Part shown: piece after piece, positions 28,289-38,589 of the stretch
Numbering within the stretch: the stretch's first letter is position 1
Layout of the letters: each line of letters starts with the position of its first letter
Assembly (NCBI GenBank): GCA_024762895.1
Contig: JANTGN010000001.1
Location: 1-44,320 of the forward strand
Reading direction: 5' to 3'
Length of the DNA stretch: 44,320 bases
Source: Thiotrichales bacterium
Lineage (GTDB): Bacteria; Pseudomonadota; Gammaproteobacteria; J044
The notes under the pieces: generated by a model
The model's database searches: none
What the model was told of the DNA's origin: nothing
What the model saw: only the letters and a program-made list of their open reading frames with translations
Translations under genes and position numbers: made by a program

Positions 28289-28732
28289 ATGAACTGCATG
28301 CAAGCACCGTTCTGGAAACTTAAATCCCTGAAGGAGCTGACTCAGGAGGAATGGGAGTCTTTGTGTGATGGCTGCGGTAAATGTTGCCTGCATAAACTGG
28401 AAAACGATGCCGATAATCTGGTCTATTACACTGATGTCGCCTGCCGCCTGCTGAATACAATGACCTGTCGTTGTTCGAATTATGCTGAACGCAGGCGTGA
28501 GGTGCCAGACTGCATTCAGCTGACGGCCGATACACTGCCGGAACTGGACTGGTTACCCTCGTCCTGTGCCTATCGTCTCCTGGCCGAAGGAAAGGATCTG
28601 CCTGAATGGCATCCCCTGTTAAGCGGGAATCCTGAGTCTGTGTATGAGGCCGGACAATCGGTGCGAGGGCGTTGTCGGCATGAATCTGAAGTAGAAGACC
28701 TTGAAGATCATATAGTAATGTGGCCGGAATAA
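28289..28732 (+). CDS. ycgN: YcgN family cysteine-cluster protein (UPF0260)
   Basis: 147 aa. The segment EWESLCDGCGKCCLHKLE...VACRLLN..TCRCSNY...PDCIQLT...WLPSSCAYRLLAEGKDLPEWHPL is collinear with E. coli YcgN as I recall it. Confidence 0.85.
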   Translation: MNCMQAPFWKLKSLKELTQEEWESLCDGCGKCCLHKLENDADNLVYYTDVACRLLNTMTCRCSNYAERRREVPDCIQLTADTLPELDWLPSSCAYRLLAEGKDLPEWHPLLSGNPESVYEAGQSVRGRCRHESEVEDLEDHIVMWPE

Positions 28733-28751
28733 AATAACATAACGCTTATCT

Positions 28752-29750
28752 ATGGCATTGAAAAATCCACCCGAGAATATCGCAATCATTGGTGCTGGCA
28801 TGGCAGGGCTGACCTGTGCCACCTCCTTACAGTTGGCCGGACCGAAGATCACTGTTTTTGAACAGTCATTTCATCCCGGTGGGCGTATGTCCGTTTTCAG
28901 AAAACAGGGTCATGAGTTTGATGATGGGCTGCAGTACTTCACTGTTCAGGATGAGCGTTTTCAGTGGACGGTCGATGCCTGGCTGGATGAGGGGGTTGTC
29001 GAGATCTGGGATGGCTGGTGTGTAGACCTGGAGGCGGGTAATTTTCTGCGTCGTGAGGCCTCTGCACCACGCTATGTCGCTATTCCCAATATGAGTGCCC
29101 TGGGCAGTCACCTGGCCGGTTTATGCCAGATCGAATATGGCTGTCGCGTGACGAAGATCGTATCCTGTGAACAGGGCTGGATACTTCAAGACCAGTTTGC
29201 ACGCAACCTGGGTGTTTTCGACCGCGTCATACTGGCGATACCGCCCCGGGTGGCCCGTCCGTTGATCGAGGGTCTGAGTTCCACCCTGGAAGAGGGGATA
29301 GCCCACGTCTCCATGACCCATGTCTGGGCCCTGCTGCTCTCCTTCGATGAACCGACGGGCCTGTTATTTGACGCGGCCTTTGTTGCTCAATCACCCCTGG
29401 ACTGGATAGCGCGTAATAACAGCAAGCCAAAACGAGGGGTACAGGAGAACTGGGTAGCGATCTCTACACCCGAGTGGACAGAGCGTTATCAGCAATACAG
29501 TCAGCAGGAAATCCGCTCCTTGTTGCTGCAGGCATTTTATGAGGCAATTGGCGGGATCATCAAAGAACCGACGTTTCAGGAGCTACGATACTGGGATGAT
29601 GCCAAGACCATCCAGACCCTGGATGCAGACTATCTCTATGATGCGGATAAAGGCATCGGGCTTTGTGGTGACTGGTGCCTCGGCACGCGCCTGGAATCGG
29701 CCTTCCTGAGTGGTCTGGGCATGGCCAATGAGATCATTGATCAGACCTAG
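28752..29750 (+). CDS. NAD(P)/FAD-dependent oxidoreductase (amine-oxidase/renalase-like)
   Basis: 332 aa with the N-terminal dinucleotide-binding motif IAIIGAGMAGLTCA and a C-terminal GDW motif typical of this flavoprotein group. Confidence 0.7.
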   Translation: MALKNPPENIAIIGAGMAGLTCATSLQLAGPKITVFEQSFHPGGRMSVFRKQGHEFDDGLQYFTVQDERFQWTVDAWLDEGVVEIWDGWCVDLEAGNFLRREASAPRYVAIPNMSALGSHLAGLCQIEYGCRVTKIVSCEQGWILQDQFARNLGVFDRVILAIPPRVARPLIEGLSSTLEEGIAHVSMTHVWALLLSFDEPTGLLFDAAFVAQSPLDWIARNNSKPKRGVQENWVAISTPEWTERYQQYSQQEIRSLLLQAFYEAIGGIIKEPTFQELRYWDDAKTIQTLDADYLYDADKGIGLCGDWCLGTRLESAFLSGLGMANEIIDQT

Positions 29751-30406
29751 CCCAGTAGTTTCGATCCGTAACCGCCTGGCTTTCTGACATGGGCGTAAAA
29801 TAATTCGTCGAAATCTTCCACAACCGAGGTGCGGACGGCTTCCAGTTCCAGCAGGCGATCGGACCAGGCCAATAGACGTGGAAATTGCTTGGCATCAAAT
29901 AAACGATGATGCGCATTCAGCAATTCATAACGCATAAATAATGGGGCATAGGCACAATCGACCAGGGAAAAGTCTTCACCATTGAACCACGGCCCGGCAC
30001 CAAAGATCTGTTCCACCTTGGCCAGGTTCTTCATGGTGGTTTCCAGAGCCGCTTCGTAGTCCTCTTCCGTCTCGGCTTTAAACAGGCTGACCATGTCGAA
30101 TATGGCGTTGGAACCAAACTCAATCCAGCCCCGGTTACGGGCCAGGATCAGTGGGTCCTGAGGTTTGAGCGAGCCCTCGGTGACATCATCTATAAACTCA
30201 TTGATGATGGCGGATTCAAACAGGACCATTTCCTCGTCCACCCTTAGAACGGGGACCTTACCGAAGGGTGAGATCTCCTTAAACCAGTCTGGTGGGTTGT
30301 CGAGATCAATATAGCGAATGTCATAGGGCAGGCCCTTATAGTTGAGTGTGATGACACTACGTTGTACAAAGGGGCAGAGTTTGAAGCTGATCAGTTCAAG
30401 TTTCAT
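29747..30406 (-). CDS. glutathione S-transferase family protein
   Basis: 219 aa with a thioredoxin-like GST N-domain (LISFKLCPFVQRSVITL...FGKVPVL). It is convergent with the preceding gene and overlaps it by 4 nt. Confidence 0.85.
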   Translation of the reverse strand: MKLELISFKLCPFVQRSVITLNYKGLPYDIRYIDLDNPPDWFKEISPFGKVPVLRVDEEMVLFESAIINEFIDDVTEGSLKPQDPLILARNRGWIEFGSNAIFDMVSLFKAETEEDYEAALETTMKNLAKVEQIFGAGPWFNGEDFSLVDCAYAPLFMRYELLNAHHRLFDAKQFPRLLAWSDRLLELEAVRTSVVEDFDELFYAHVRKPGGYGSKLLG

Positions 30407-30468
30407 GGTTCGACCGTCATATTTAACCTGTGCATAAGGTAGCAGAAATCACATCCTTCAGGAGTGTC

Positions 30469-30858
30469 ATGGATCAATCAAACAAGGGGGTACGTCTCGA
30501 TAAATGGTTATGGGCTGCCCGTTTTTACAAGCATCGTAAACTCGCAACCGAGGCCATACAGGGAGGCAGGGTGCATCTGAATGGTCAACGGGTCAAGCCG
30601 GCGCGAATGCTTCATCAGTTCGATGAACTGGAAATCAGCCGAGGTACCGAAGTGATGACGGTCAAGGTCATGGCATTGAGCGACAAAAGAGGTCCGGCCT
30701 CGGTCGCCAGTCAGCTTTACGAAGAAACGCTGGATAGCAGGGTGGCACGGGAGCAGGCGCGCGAGTCCAGACGCTTCCAGCCTGATCCTCTGGCCCCGGA
30801 GCATCGCCCCAGCAAGCGAGACCGACGCAGGTTGCGTGAATTTTCGGGGAAGTCCTGA
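30469..30858 (+). CDS. hslR: ribosome-associated heat shock protein Hsp15 (S4 RNA-binding domain)
   Basis: VRLDKWLWAARFYK...GGRVHLNGQRVKP, with a basic C-terminal tail. I prefer the ATG at 30469, which has AGGAG 5 nt upstream, over the GTG at 30430. Confidence 0.85.
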   Translation: MDQSNKGVRLDKWLWAARFYKHRKLATEAIQGGRVHLNGQRVKPARMLHQFDELEISRGTEVMTVKVMALSDKRGPASVASQLYEETLDSRVAREQARESRRFQPDPLAPEHRPSKRDRRRLREFSGKS

Positions 30859-30859
30859 G

Positions 30860-31321
30860 ATGGCCATACCCCAAACCCCTTTGCTGGCCGTCGATATCAT
30901 TATCCGACTGCCGGATGAGGAAGACCGGATTATCCTGATTGAGCGCAGGAATCCCCCTTATGGCTGGGCATTACCCGGTGGCTTTGTTGATCGTGGTGAA
31001 TGGGTAGAGCAGGCCGCCCTACGCGAGGCCAAAGAAGAGGTCAGTCTGGATGTACAACTCGAGGCCCTTCTGGGTTGTTATTCCGATCCTCGGCGTGACT
31101 CGAGGGGGCATACCGTCAGCCTGGTATACCTGGCCAGCGCTCATGGGGTGCCTGTTGCAGCGGATGATGCAAAAAACCTTCGGTTGGTGAATCCTCGTGA
31201 TCCCGGTCTTGAACTTGCGTTTGATCATGCCCTGATCCTGCAGGATTATGTGGCCTATCTGGACAATGGGGCGATTGCCCCCCTACGAGGTGCGGACAAT
31301 GATAAGATACGCGGTTTTTAA
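30860..31321 (+). CDS. NUDIX hydrolase
   Basis: It carries a Nudix box (GGFVDRGEWVEQAALREAKEEVSL). I prefer the ATG at 30860, immediately after the hslR stop. The track start at 30836 would overlap hslR. Confidence 0.8.
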   Translation: MAIPQTPLLAVDIIIRLPDEEDRIILIERRNPPYGWALPGGFVDRGEWVEQAALREAKEEVSLDVQLEALLGCYSDPRRDSRGHTVSLVYLASAHGVPVAADDAKNLRLVNPRDPGLELAFDHALILQDYVAYLDNGAIAPLRGADNDKIRGF

Positions 31322-31339
31322 CCATTGGTATGAGACAAG

Positions 31340-32608
31340 GTGTCCGTGCAGCCCCAGTTAATTCCACGTTCTGAACATGCCATTTCCAGGGCCAATATCA
31401 GCGAAAGTGCACTTAAGGTGCTGTATCGCCTGAAAGACGCGGGTTTTCGCGCCTGCCTGGTGGGTGGTGGTGTGCGTGATCTTTTATTGGGGCGAGAACC
31501 CAAGGATTTTGATATCGCGACTGATGCACTGCCGGAAGACATTCGCGCCTTATTCAGAAACTCCCGAATTATTGGTCGTCGTTTTCGGCTGGTCCATGTT
31601 CGTTTTGGCCGTGAGATCATCGAGGTTGCAACCTTTCGAGCGCCGCATGATAGCGATGCCGGAGAGATGACGGATGATGGTCGAATACTTCGGGACAATG
31701 TCTACGGTTCAATCGAAACCGATGCCATGCGACGCGACTTTACCGTCAACGCCCTCTACTATGATATTGCCAATTTTTCAGTGCTGGATTATGCCAATGG
31801 GGTTGAGGATCTCAGGGCGGGGCAACTGCGCCTGATTGGCGACCCCGAGGTACGCTTCAGGGAAGACCCGGTGCGGATGCTCAGGGCGGTACGCTTTTCC
31901 GCCAAGCTGGGTTTTCGCATTGACCCTGAGGTAGAGAAGGCGATCTATGATCTGGGGCATTTGTTGGGCGATATCTCGCCCGCGCGACTGTTTGACGAGG
32001 TCCTGAAACTCTTTCATGGAGGAGCTGCCCTGCAGACCTTCGAGGCATTGCGGCATTACGATCTGTTCCGATTCCTCTTCCCCATGACTGAAGAGGTGCT
32101 CGCTCATGAGGAGGAAGGATTTCCCGACCTGTTTGTCGCCAATGCCCTGCGTAATACCGATGATCGGATCAATGCCGGTAAGCCGGTAACGCCGGCCTTT
32201 CTATTTGCGGTCATGCTCTGGGAGCCTGTTCGAATCTACATGAAAGAACATCCGGATGAGGAGCTGCCCGAGGCCCAGGCCCTGCAAATCGCCAGCAGTA
32301 ACATACTCAACAGACAGGCCAGACATATCACGATTCCCAAACGCTTTAGCCTTCCCATGCGCGAGATCTGGCATCTGCAACCACGATTTCGTTATACGCG
32401 GGGAAAACGACCCCTGCGTCTTTTGGGGCATCCCCGTTTTCGGGCCGGTTATGATTTTTTATGTCTGCGTGCGCAATCTGGAGAAGACCTTGAGGCATCC
32501 TGTCAGTGGTGGACCGAGTATCAGGAAAAATATAGCGCAGAGGCGGTGCCTGCACCGGCGACTCAACGTAAGCGGCGACGCCCGCGGCGTCGAAAGCCTG
32601 CATCATGA
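31340..32608 (+). CDS. pcnB: poly(A) polymerase I
   Basis: 422 aa containing IPRSEHAISRANISESALKVLYRL..GF.A.LVGGGVRDLLLG..PKDFDI and an Arg-rich C-terminus. It uses a non-ATG (GTG) start. It is in the pcnB-folK order. Confidence 0.9.
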   Translation: MSVQPQLIPRSEHAISRANISESALKVLYRLKDAGFRACLVGGGVRDLLLGREPKDFDIATDALPEDIRALFRNSRIIGRRFRLVHVRFGREIIEVATFRAPHDSDAGEMTDDGRILRDNVYGSIETDAMRRDFTVNALYYDIANFSVLDYANGVEDLRAGQLRLIGDPEVRFREDPVRMLRAVRFSAKLGFRIDPEVEKAIYDLGHLLGDISPARLFDEVLKLFHGGAALQTFEALRHYDLFRFLFPMTEEVLAHEEEGFPDLFVANALRNTDDRINAGKPVTPAFLFAVMLWEPVRIYMKEHPDEELPEAQALQIASSNILNRQARHITIPKRFSLPMREIWHLQPRFRYTRGKRPLRLLGHPRFRAGYDFLCLRAQSGEDLEASCQWWTEYQEKYSAEAVPAPATQRKRRRPRRRKPAS

Positions 32609-33096
32609 GTACTCTGGTCTACCTCGGGCTAGGTAGTAACCTCTCAGATCCCTGTGCTCAGCTGGAACAGGCGATCCATAGCCTGGAAATGCTGCCGGAT
32701 TGTCAAATCCTCAAGTGTTCTTCGTTTTATCGCAGTCGTCCGATGGGGCCTCAGGATCAGCCCGAATATATCAATGCCATTGTCAGCCTGGAGACGAATC
32801 TGCAGGCCGAATCACTACTGGATGCCCTGCAGGCGATTGAGCAGAGGCAGGGCAGGGTGCGTGACAGGCACTGGGGGGCCAGGACACTGGATCTGGATAT
32901 CCTGCTCTATGGTGATGAGGTCATTGATACAGACAGGCTTTCAGTCCCCCATCCGGGTTTACATAAGCGCGAATTTGTACTGTATCCCCTGTACGAGCTG
33001 GCCCCCGATCTGATGGTTCCCGGACGAGGCTCAATAGCGTCGCTTTATCAGCATTGCGACGCAAACGGTATCGAGCGGCTGGAGGCGTGTGTATGA
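32605..33096 (+). CDS. folK: 2-amino-4-hydroxy-6-hydroxymethyldihydropteridine diphosphokinase
   Basis: 163 aa with VYLGLGSNL, WGARTLDLDILLYG and PHPGLHKREFVLYPL. It overlaps the pcnB stop by 4 nt. Confidence 0.9.
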   Translation: MSTLVYLGLGSNLSDPCAQLEQAIHSLEMLPDCQILKCSSFYRSRPMGPQDQPEYINAIVSLETNLQAESLLDALQAIEQRQGRVRDRHWGARTLDLDILLYGDEVIDTDRLSVPHPGLHKREFVLYPLYELAPDLMVPGRGSIASLYQHCDANGIERLEACV

Positions 33097-33752
33097 CGAA
33101 GGCCTTTCCCTCCTATATCGCCATCGAGGGGCCGATTGGTGTCGGTAAGACCAGCCTGGCGCGGCGTATCGCCGAAGACTTTGGGACCGAATTGTTGCTG
33201 GAAGACCCGGGTGAAAACCCCTTTCTCGAACGATTCTATGACGACCCTAAGGCCGCAGCTTTGCCCACTCAGCTATTTTTTCTGATGCAGCGCACCCGAC
33301 AGATGGGGCAGTTCAAGCAGGGCGATATCTTTCGTCCCGTGCAGGTGGCGGATTTTCTGATCGAAAAAGACCGTCTGTTTGCCGAGGTCACCCTGGATGA
33401 TGATGAGTTTACACTCTATGAACAGGTCTATGATCAGCTCACCATCGAGGCACCCACCCCGGATCTGGTGATATATCTACAGGCCCCGGTCAAGGTGCTG
33501 GTCGAGCGTGTTGGACGCCGAGGAAGAGGCTATGAAAGATATATTGACCCTGCCTATCTGCAACGTCTCAGTGAGGCCTATACCGATTTCTTTTATCATT
33601 ATCAGGAAGCACCTCTGCTGATCGTTAATGCAGCAGAGATTGATTTCGTCAACAATGAGGCCGATTATCGGCAATTGCTGGATATGATTTCAGCAGTCAA
33701 GACTGGCCGACATTATTACAACCCTTTACCCTTTGATCTGGACAGAGCATGA
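33093..33752 (+). CDS. deoxynucleoside kinase
   Basis: It has a P-loop (IAIEGPIGVGKTS) and dNK-like sequence. I prefer the ATG at 33093, which overlaps the folK stop (ATGA), over the track start at 33054. Confidence 0.8.
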   Translation: MTKAFPSYIAIEGPIGVGKTSLARRIAEDFGTELLLEDPGENPFLERFYDDPKAAALPTQLFFLMQRTRQMGQFKQGDIFRPVQVADFLIEKDRLFAEVTLDDDEFTLYEQVYDQLTIEAPTPDLVIYLQAPVKVLVERVGRRGRGYERYIDPAYLQRLSEAYTDFFYHYQEAPLLIVNAAEIDFVNNEADYRQLLDMISAVKTGRHYYNPLPFDLDRA

Positions 33753-34561
33753 GTGTACCCACACGATCAGGACGGGTGACCGTCAATACCCTCAGACGTA
33801 TGAAACAAGAGGGCGAGAAGATAGCAGTGTTGACTGCCTATGATGCCAGTTTTGCCCAGGTGCTGGATGAAGCGGGTATGGACATCGTCCTGGTCGGTGA
33901 TTCGCTGGGAATGGTCATACAGGGGCGGGAGACCACGGTACCCGTCACCGTGGATGACATGATCTATCACAGCAAGGCAGTCCAGAGTCAGTTAAAGCGA
34001 TCCCTGTTGATGGTGGATATGCCCTTTATGAGCTACACCGATCCTGCCTCGGCGCTGGCGAATGCAGCGCGACTCATGCAGGAGGGTGGGGCGCAAATGG
34101 TCAAGCTCGAAGGCGGGGCACCGCAGGTGGATACCGTGGCCGCCCTGGCCCGACATGGCATCCCGGTCTGTGCCCATCTGGGCCTGATGCCCCAGTCTAT
34201 CCACAAGCTGGGGGGTTATCGTGTTCAGGGGCGCGAACAGCAGGCAGCCGCCCAGATGCGCGACGATGCCCTGGCCCTGCAGGGCGCCGGTGCGGATGTG
34301 CTCTTGCTTGAGTGCGTCCCCGAGGCCCTCGCGGCTGAACTGACCGAGGCCGTTGAGGTGCCGGTGATCGGTATCGGGGCCAGTCCACGTTGTGACGGCC
34401 AGGTACTGGTATTACAGGATATACTGGGCATTACACCTGATGATGCGCCCAGGTTTTCGAAGAATTTTCTTACCGGAAGCGATAGCATACAGGCAGCCAT
34501 CGCGGCCTATATTGAGGCGGTCAAGGCCGTTGAATTTCCCGCACAGGAACATACCTTCTAG
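33749..34561 (+). CDS. panB: 3-methyl-2-oxobutanoate hydroxymethyltransferase
   Basis: 270 aa with KIAVLTAYDASFA, VLVGDSLGMV and VKLEGG. Confidence 0.95.
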   Translation: MSVPTRSGRVTVNTLRRMKQEGEKIAVLTAYDASFAQVLDEAGMDIVLVGDSLGMVIQGRETTVPVTVDDMIYHSKAVQSQLKRSLLMVDMPFMSYTDPASALANAARLMQEGGAQMVKLEGGAPQVDTVAALARHGIPVCAHLGLMPQSIHKLGGYRVQGREQQAAAQMRDDALALQGAGADVLLLECVPEALAAELTEAVEVPVIGIGASPRCDGQVLVLQDILGITPDDAPRFSKNFLTGSDSIQAAIAAYIEAVKAVEFPAQEHTF

Positions 34562-34564
34562 TCC

Positions 34565-35416
34565 ATGCAAATCAGTAAACACATTAATTCGCTGCAACAG
34601 GAACTGGCGGCCCTGACCATGCAGGGTGAGAGCCTGGCACTGGTGCCCACCATGGGTAACCTCCATGCCGGTCATATGAGCCTGGTACGCGAGGCGCGAA
34701 AACTGGCCGACCGTGTTGTCGTGAGTATATTCGTGAATCCAGCGCAGTTTGACCGCGATGAGGACCTGGCTGCTTACCCGCGGACCCTGGATGAGGATAT
34801 CGCCAGGCTTGAAAAGGACCGGGTTGATCTGTTGTTTGTACCGAATAGCAATGAGATCTACGGGCCTGAGTCAACAACCCGAATCCACCTGGCTGGACTG
34901 GCTGATTGTCTGGAGGGAGCGTCACGACCCGGGCATTTCGATGGTGTTGCCACTATCGTGGCCAAACTGTTTAACCTGATACAACCGGATGTCGCCCTGT
35001 TTGGGGAAAAGGATTTTCAGCAATTACTCGTGATACGACGTATGGTTGAAGACCTGAATTTTCCCATTACCGTGATTGGGCTTCCGACGGTGCGTGAAGC
35101 CGATGGTCTGGCTATGAGTTCGCGTAATGGATATCTGGACGACGAGGAACGCCAGCGCGCACCTCGCTTATATGCCTGCCTGCAAGGCATGGAACAGGCC
35201 CTGAGGCAGGGTAACAGGGATTACTCAGGTCTGGAAAAGCAGGCTATGACTGATCTTGAAAATGCAGGATTTAGGGTCGATTATGTGTCGATCATGAGTT
35301 CAAATGATCTGAAAAACCCTCAACTTGACGAAAAAGAGCTGGTGATCCTGGCCTCTGCCTGGTTGGGTAATGCCCGTCTGGTCGATAATATTCCCGTCGA
35401 TCTGGCTGCATCCTGA
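34565..35416 (+). CDS. panC: pantoate--beta-alanine ligase
   Basis: 283 aa with VPTMGNLHAGH, VSIFVNPAQF and GEKDFQQ. Confidence 0.95.
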   Translation: MQISKHINSLQQELAALTMQGESLALVPTMGNLHAGHMSLVREARKLADRVVVSIFVNPAQFDRDEDLAAYPRTLDEDIARLEKDRVDLLFVPNSNEIYGPESTTRIHLAGLADCLEGASRPGHFDGVATIVAKLFNLIQPDVALFGEKDFQQLLVIRRMVEDLNFPITVIGLPTVREADGLAMSSRNGYLDDEERQRAPRLYACLQGMEQALRQGNRDYSGLEKQAMTDLENAGFRVDYVSIMSSNDLKNPQLDEKELVILASAWLGNARLVDNIPVDLAAS

Positions 35417-35487
35417 TGATTGCCTGGATTGAAGCGACGTGTCTTATCCCTCATAATTAGCGGCCTGTTTCTGAATATCTCTATCTC

Positions 35488-35868
35488 ATGGTACTGACTT
35501 TACTGAAATCCAAACTCCATAAGGCCTGGGTGACCCACTCGGAACTCGAGTATGAAGGCTCCTGCGCCATCGATGGACAGCTGCTGGATGCCGCGGGTAT
35601 TCATGAGTATGAACAGATCCAGATCTATAACATCGCCAATGGTGAGCGCTTCACGACCTATGCGATACGTGCCGAAGAAGGTAGCGGCATTATCTCGGTC
35701 AATGGTGCCGCTGCTCACAGGGCCAACCCCGGTGATCGTGTCATCATCTGTACCTATGTCCAGCTGGATGCCGAAGAGGTACAGAAATTCAAACCCACCC
35801 TCGTCTATGTCGATTCCGAGAACAAAATTACCCGTATTGGTAATGCCATTCCTGTCCAGGCAGCCTGA
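35488..35868 (+). CDS. panD: aspartate 1-decarboxylase
   Basis: 126 aa with [10 protein letters not shown]...L.YEGSCAID (Gly-Ser self-processing site). Confidence 0.95.
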   Translation: MVLTLLKSKLHKAWVTHSELEYEGSCAIDGQLLDAAGIHEYEQIQIYNIANGERFTTYAIRAEEGSGIISVNGAAAHRANPGDRVIICTYVQLDAEEVQKFKPTLVYVDSENKITRIGNAIPVQAA

Positions 35869-35967
35869 CGCAAAGTTCTAAAAACTAGGGCTTTTGTCGG
35901 ATATACGGGGCCTCATCAATCGCGTTAATATCGGCGTTCCTATAATAAGTGCTTTTCAAGGAAAAGT

Positions 35968-38589
35968 ATGGCGTCGACGACGGTCATCAGCCTGCCGATT
36001 CATCAGCCTCCTACATCCATTCAGATGGAGGAATTGCTGACCCTGCAGCGTTCCCTGCTACAATCCATCGCTACCGCTGATGACCTGCATACTATCCTCG
36101 ATGATCTGTGCCGCATGGTCGAGACCATGGTGACTAATTCCGTCTGTTCGGTCATGCTGTACGATGAGCATCGAGGGGTGCTCAATGTGCTGGCTGCGCC
36201 ACAGATTCCAGAGGCCGCCGTGGAAGGGCTCAGGGACCAGGAGCCTGGAATAGGGCGGGGCTCCTGTGCTGCAGCCGTGCTGACTGCAGCGCCGGTCTTT
36301 GTCAACGATACCTCCATCGATGAGCGCTGGTCCGAAAGTCAGGCCTTTGCACAGGAATTTAATATCCATGCCTGCTGGTCGGTACCCATACTCAATGAAC
36401 AGTCTCGTCCAGTGGGTACCTTTGCGATCTCCAGTTTTGAGAAAAGAGAGCCTTCTGGTTTTCATATGCGTCTGTTGCAGGCGGCTTCCTACCTGGCAGG
36501 GATTGCCCTGCAGGCGGACGCAACGCGGCGAAAACTTCAGGAGAGTGAGAACCGCCTGGTCAATATCGCCGATGCCGTTCCAGGAGTCTTATTCCAGCAG
36601 CTGGAAACACCAGAAGGCCAATCTCACTTTACGTTTATCAGTCAACGCGTTCAGGAGCTGTTTGGTCAGAAGACCGACGATGTCCTGAATGATAGTGATG
36701 TCCTCTGGACCCATGTTGATCGCCAGGATGTTCAAAGCATCTCAAAAAAAATGCAAACACCGGCCGCGGTCAGGCCTTTAAGGGAATGCGAGTTCAGGCT
36801 GCATCTGGATGGCAGGGAAAGCTGGATCTATGGTCGTTCCGTGGCAACGGCTAAAGATGCAGAGGGAAATATCATCTGGAATGGCATCTTCCTGGATATC
36901 ACGGACAAGCAGAATGCCCAGAGTCGTTTGAATATGGCCGGCATGGTGTTCGAAAATACCCAGGAAGGCATCATGGTAACCGATGAGGATTCCCGCATCA
37001 TCGAGGTGAATAAGGCCTTTACGCGCATCACGGGCTATGCGGCCGATGATGTGATGGGGAAGGATCCCAGTCTCCTGGATTCCGGCAAGCATGGGCCCGA
37101 GTTTTATCAGTCCATCAGGGCCTCTATCGACGAGCAGGGTTACTGGGAAGGGGAGATGTGGAACCGTCGTAAGGATGGCGATATCTTTCCTGAGTGGCTG
37201 AGTATTACCCGGGTAACTGATCCGGTGACCGGTAAGGTGACTAATCTGAGGGTGTTTTCCGACATCAGTCACCTAAAACGCTCCGAAGAAAGACTGGCCC
37301 ATCTGGCTCATCATGATCCGCTGACGGGGCTGCCGAATCGTCTCATGCTGGGGGCCAGGATGGATCATGCCCTCGAACGAGCCAAGCGAGAGGGTAATTA
37401 CCTCGGGGTCCTGTTCCTGGATCTGGACCGTTTCAAGAACATCAATGATACCCTCGGTCACGCCCTGGGCGACGAGGTGCTCAAGCAGGTGGCAGATCGA
37501 CTCAAGGAGTCGGTCAGGGCTGAAGATACGGTGGCGCGTCTGGGTGGGGATGAGTTCATCGTCCTGCTGGAAGAGGTGCAACAACCCGAGATGACGACCC
37601 ATATAGCAGAAAAGCTGCTCAGGACCCTGGCTCGCCCCTATATCCTGAATGATCAGGAATACTACTTCACCACCAGTATTGGCATCAGTCATTACCCGGT
37701 CGATGGCACCGACGCAGAGTCGCTGCTGAAAAACTCCGATACGGCTCTGTATCAGGCAAAGGACCAGGGCAGGAACACGTATATCAACTATTCTCCCGAA
37801 CTGACTCAGAAGGTGGAAGACTGGCTCAAGCTGGAGCATCATCTGCGCTCTGCTCTGGAGAAAGAACAGTTCGAGATCTATTATCAGGCCAAGATCTCGA
37901 CCCGCAACGGAAAGATACTGGGTGCGGAGGCCCTCTTACGCTGGATTCACCCCGAGTCCGGCATGATTACCCCCAGCCAGTTCCTGCCCATCGCAGAAGA
38001 GATCGGCCTGATTGTGCCGCTGGGTGAATGGGTCCTGCGTGAGGCCTGTCAGCAGGCCCAGATCTGGAAGGCAGAGGGTTATCCGGATCTGACCATTAGT
38101 GTCAATCTGGCCGGACAACAGATCGCTCACCAAGACCTCTACCAGTCCATTGTTGGTATCCTGGATGAGACCGGTCTGGCACCAGAAAGGCTGGAACTGG
38201 AGATCCTGGAAAGCTTTGTAATGCGACATGCCGAAGAATCGATCAATACCCTGTCGGCCATACGCGATCTCGGTGTCAGCCTGGCCATTGATGATTTTGG
38301 CAGCGGCTACTCCTCGCTGAGTTACCTCAAACGATTACCGGTCAGCAAACTGAAGATTGATCAGACCCTGGTGCTGGATATTCCGGATGACCCGGATGAT
38401 GTCGCTATTGCACGTGCCGTGATTGCCCTGGGGCATAGTATGGGTCTCCAGGTCTGTGCCGAGGGTGTTGAGACCGTCGCCCAGCGTGAGTTTCTGGCGG
38501 CCGAGGGTGTGGATGAGCTGCAGGGTTATTATTATTCCAGGCCAGTGCCTGGCAGTAACTTTATTCAGTATCTACGTTCTATGAGCTGA
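35968..38589 (+). CDS. GAF-PAS-PAS-GGDEF-EAL c-di-GMP signalling protein
   Basis: 873 aa with an N-terminal GAF-like region, two PAS-like regions, a GGDEF domain (GGDEF with RAED I-site 5 residues upstream) and an EAL domain (EALLRW, DDFGSGYSSLSYL, EGVET). Confidence 0.9.
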   Translation: MASTTVISLPIHQPPTSIQMEELLTLQRSLLQSIATADDLHTILDDLCRMVETMVTNSVCSVMLYDEHRGVLNVLAAPQIPEAAVEGLRDQEPGIGRGSCAAAVLTAAPVFVNDTSIDERWSESQAFAQEFNIHACWSVPILNEQSRPVGTFAISSFEKREPSGFHMRLLQAASYLAGIALQADATRRKLQESENRLVNIADAVPGVLFQQLETPEGQSHFTFISQRVQELFGQKTDDVLNDSDVLWTHVDRQDVQSISKKMQTPAAVRPLRECEFRLHLDGRESWIYGRSVATAKDAEGNIIWNGIFLDITDKQNAQSRLNMAGMVFENTQEGIMVTDEDSRIIEVNKAFTRITGYAADDVMGKDPSLLDSGKHGPEFYQSIRASIDEQGYWEGEMWNRRKDGDIFPEWLSITRVTDPVTGKVTNLRVFSDISHLKRSEERLAHLAHHDPLTGLPNRLMLGARMDHALERAKREGNYLGVLFLDLDRFKNINDTLGHALGDEVLKQVADRLKESVRAEDTVARLGGDEFIVLLEEVQQPEMTTHIAEKLLRTLARPYILNDQEYYFTTSIGISHYPVDGTDAESLLKNSDTALYQAKDQGRNTYINYSPELTQKVEDWLKLEHHLRSALEKEQFEIYYQAKISTRNGKILGAEALLRWIHPESGMITPSQFLPIAEEIGLIVPLGEWVLREACQQAQIWKAEGYPDLTISVNLAGQQIAHQDLYQSIVGILDETGLAPERLELEILESFVMRHAEESINTLSAIRDLGVSLAIDDFGSGYSSLSYLKRLPVSKLKIDQTLVLDIPDDPDDVAIARAVIALGHSMGLQVCAEGVETVAQREFLAAEGVDELQGYYYSRPVPGSNFIQYLRSMS

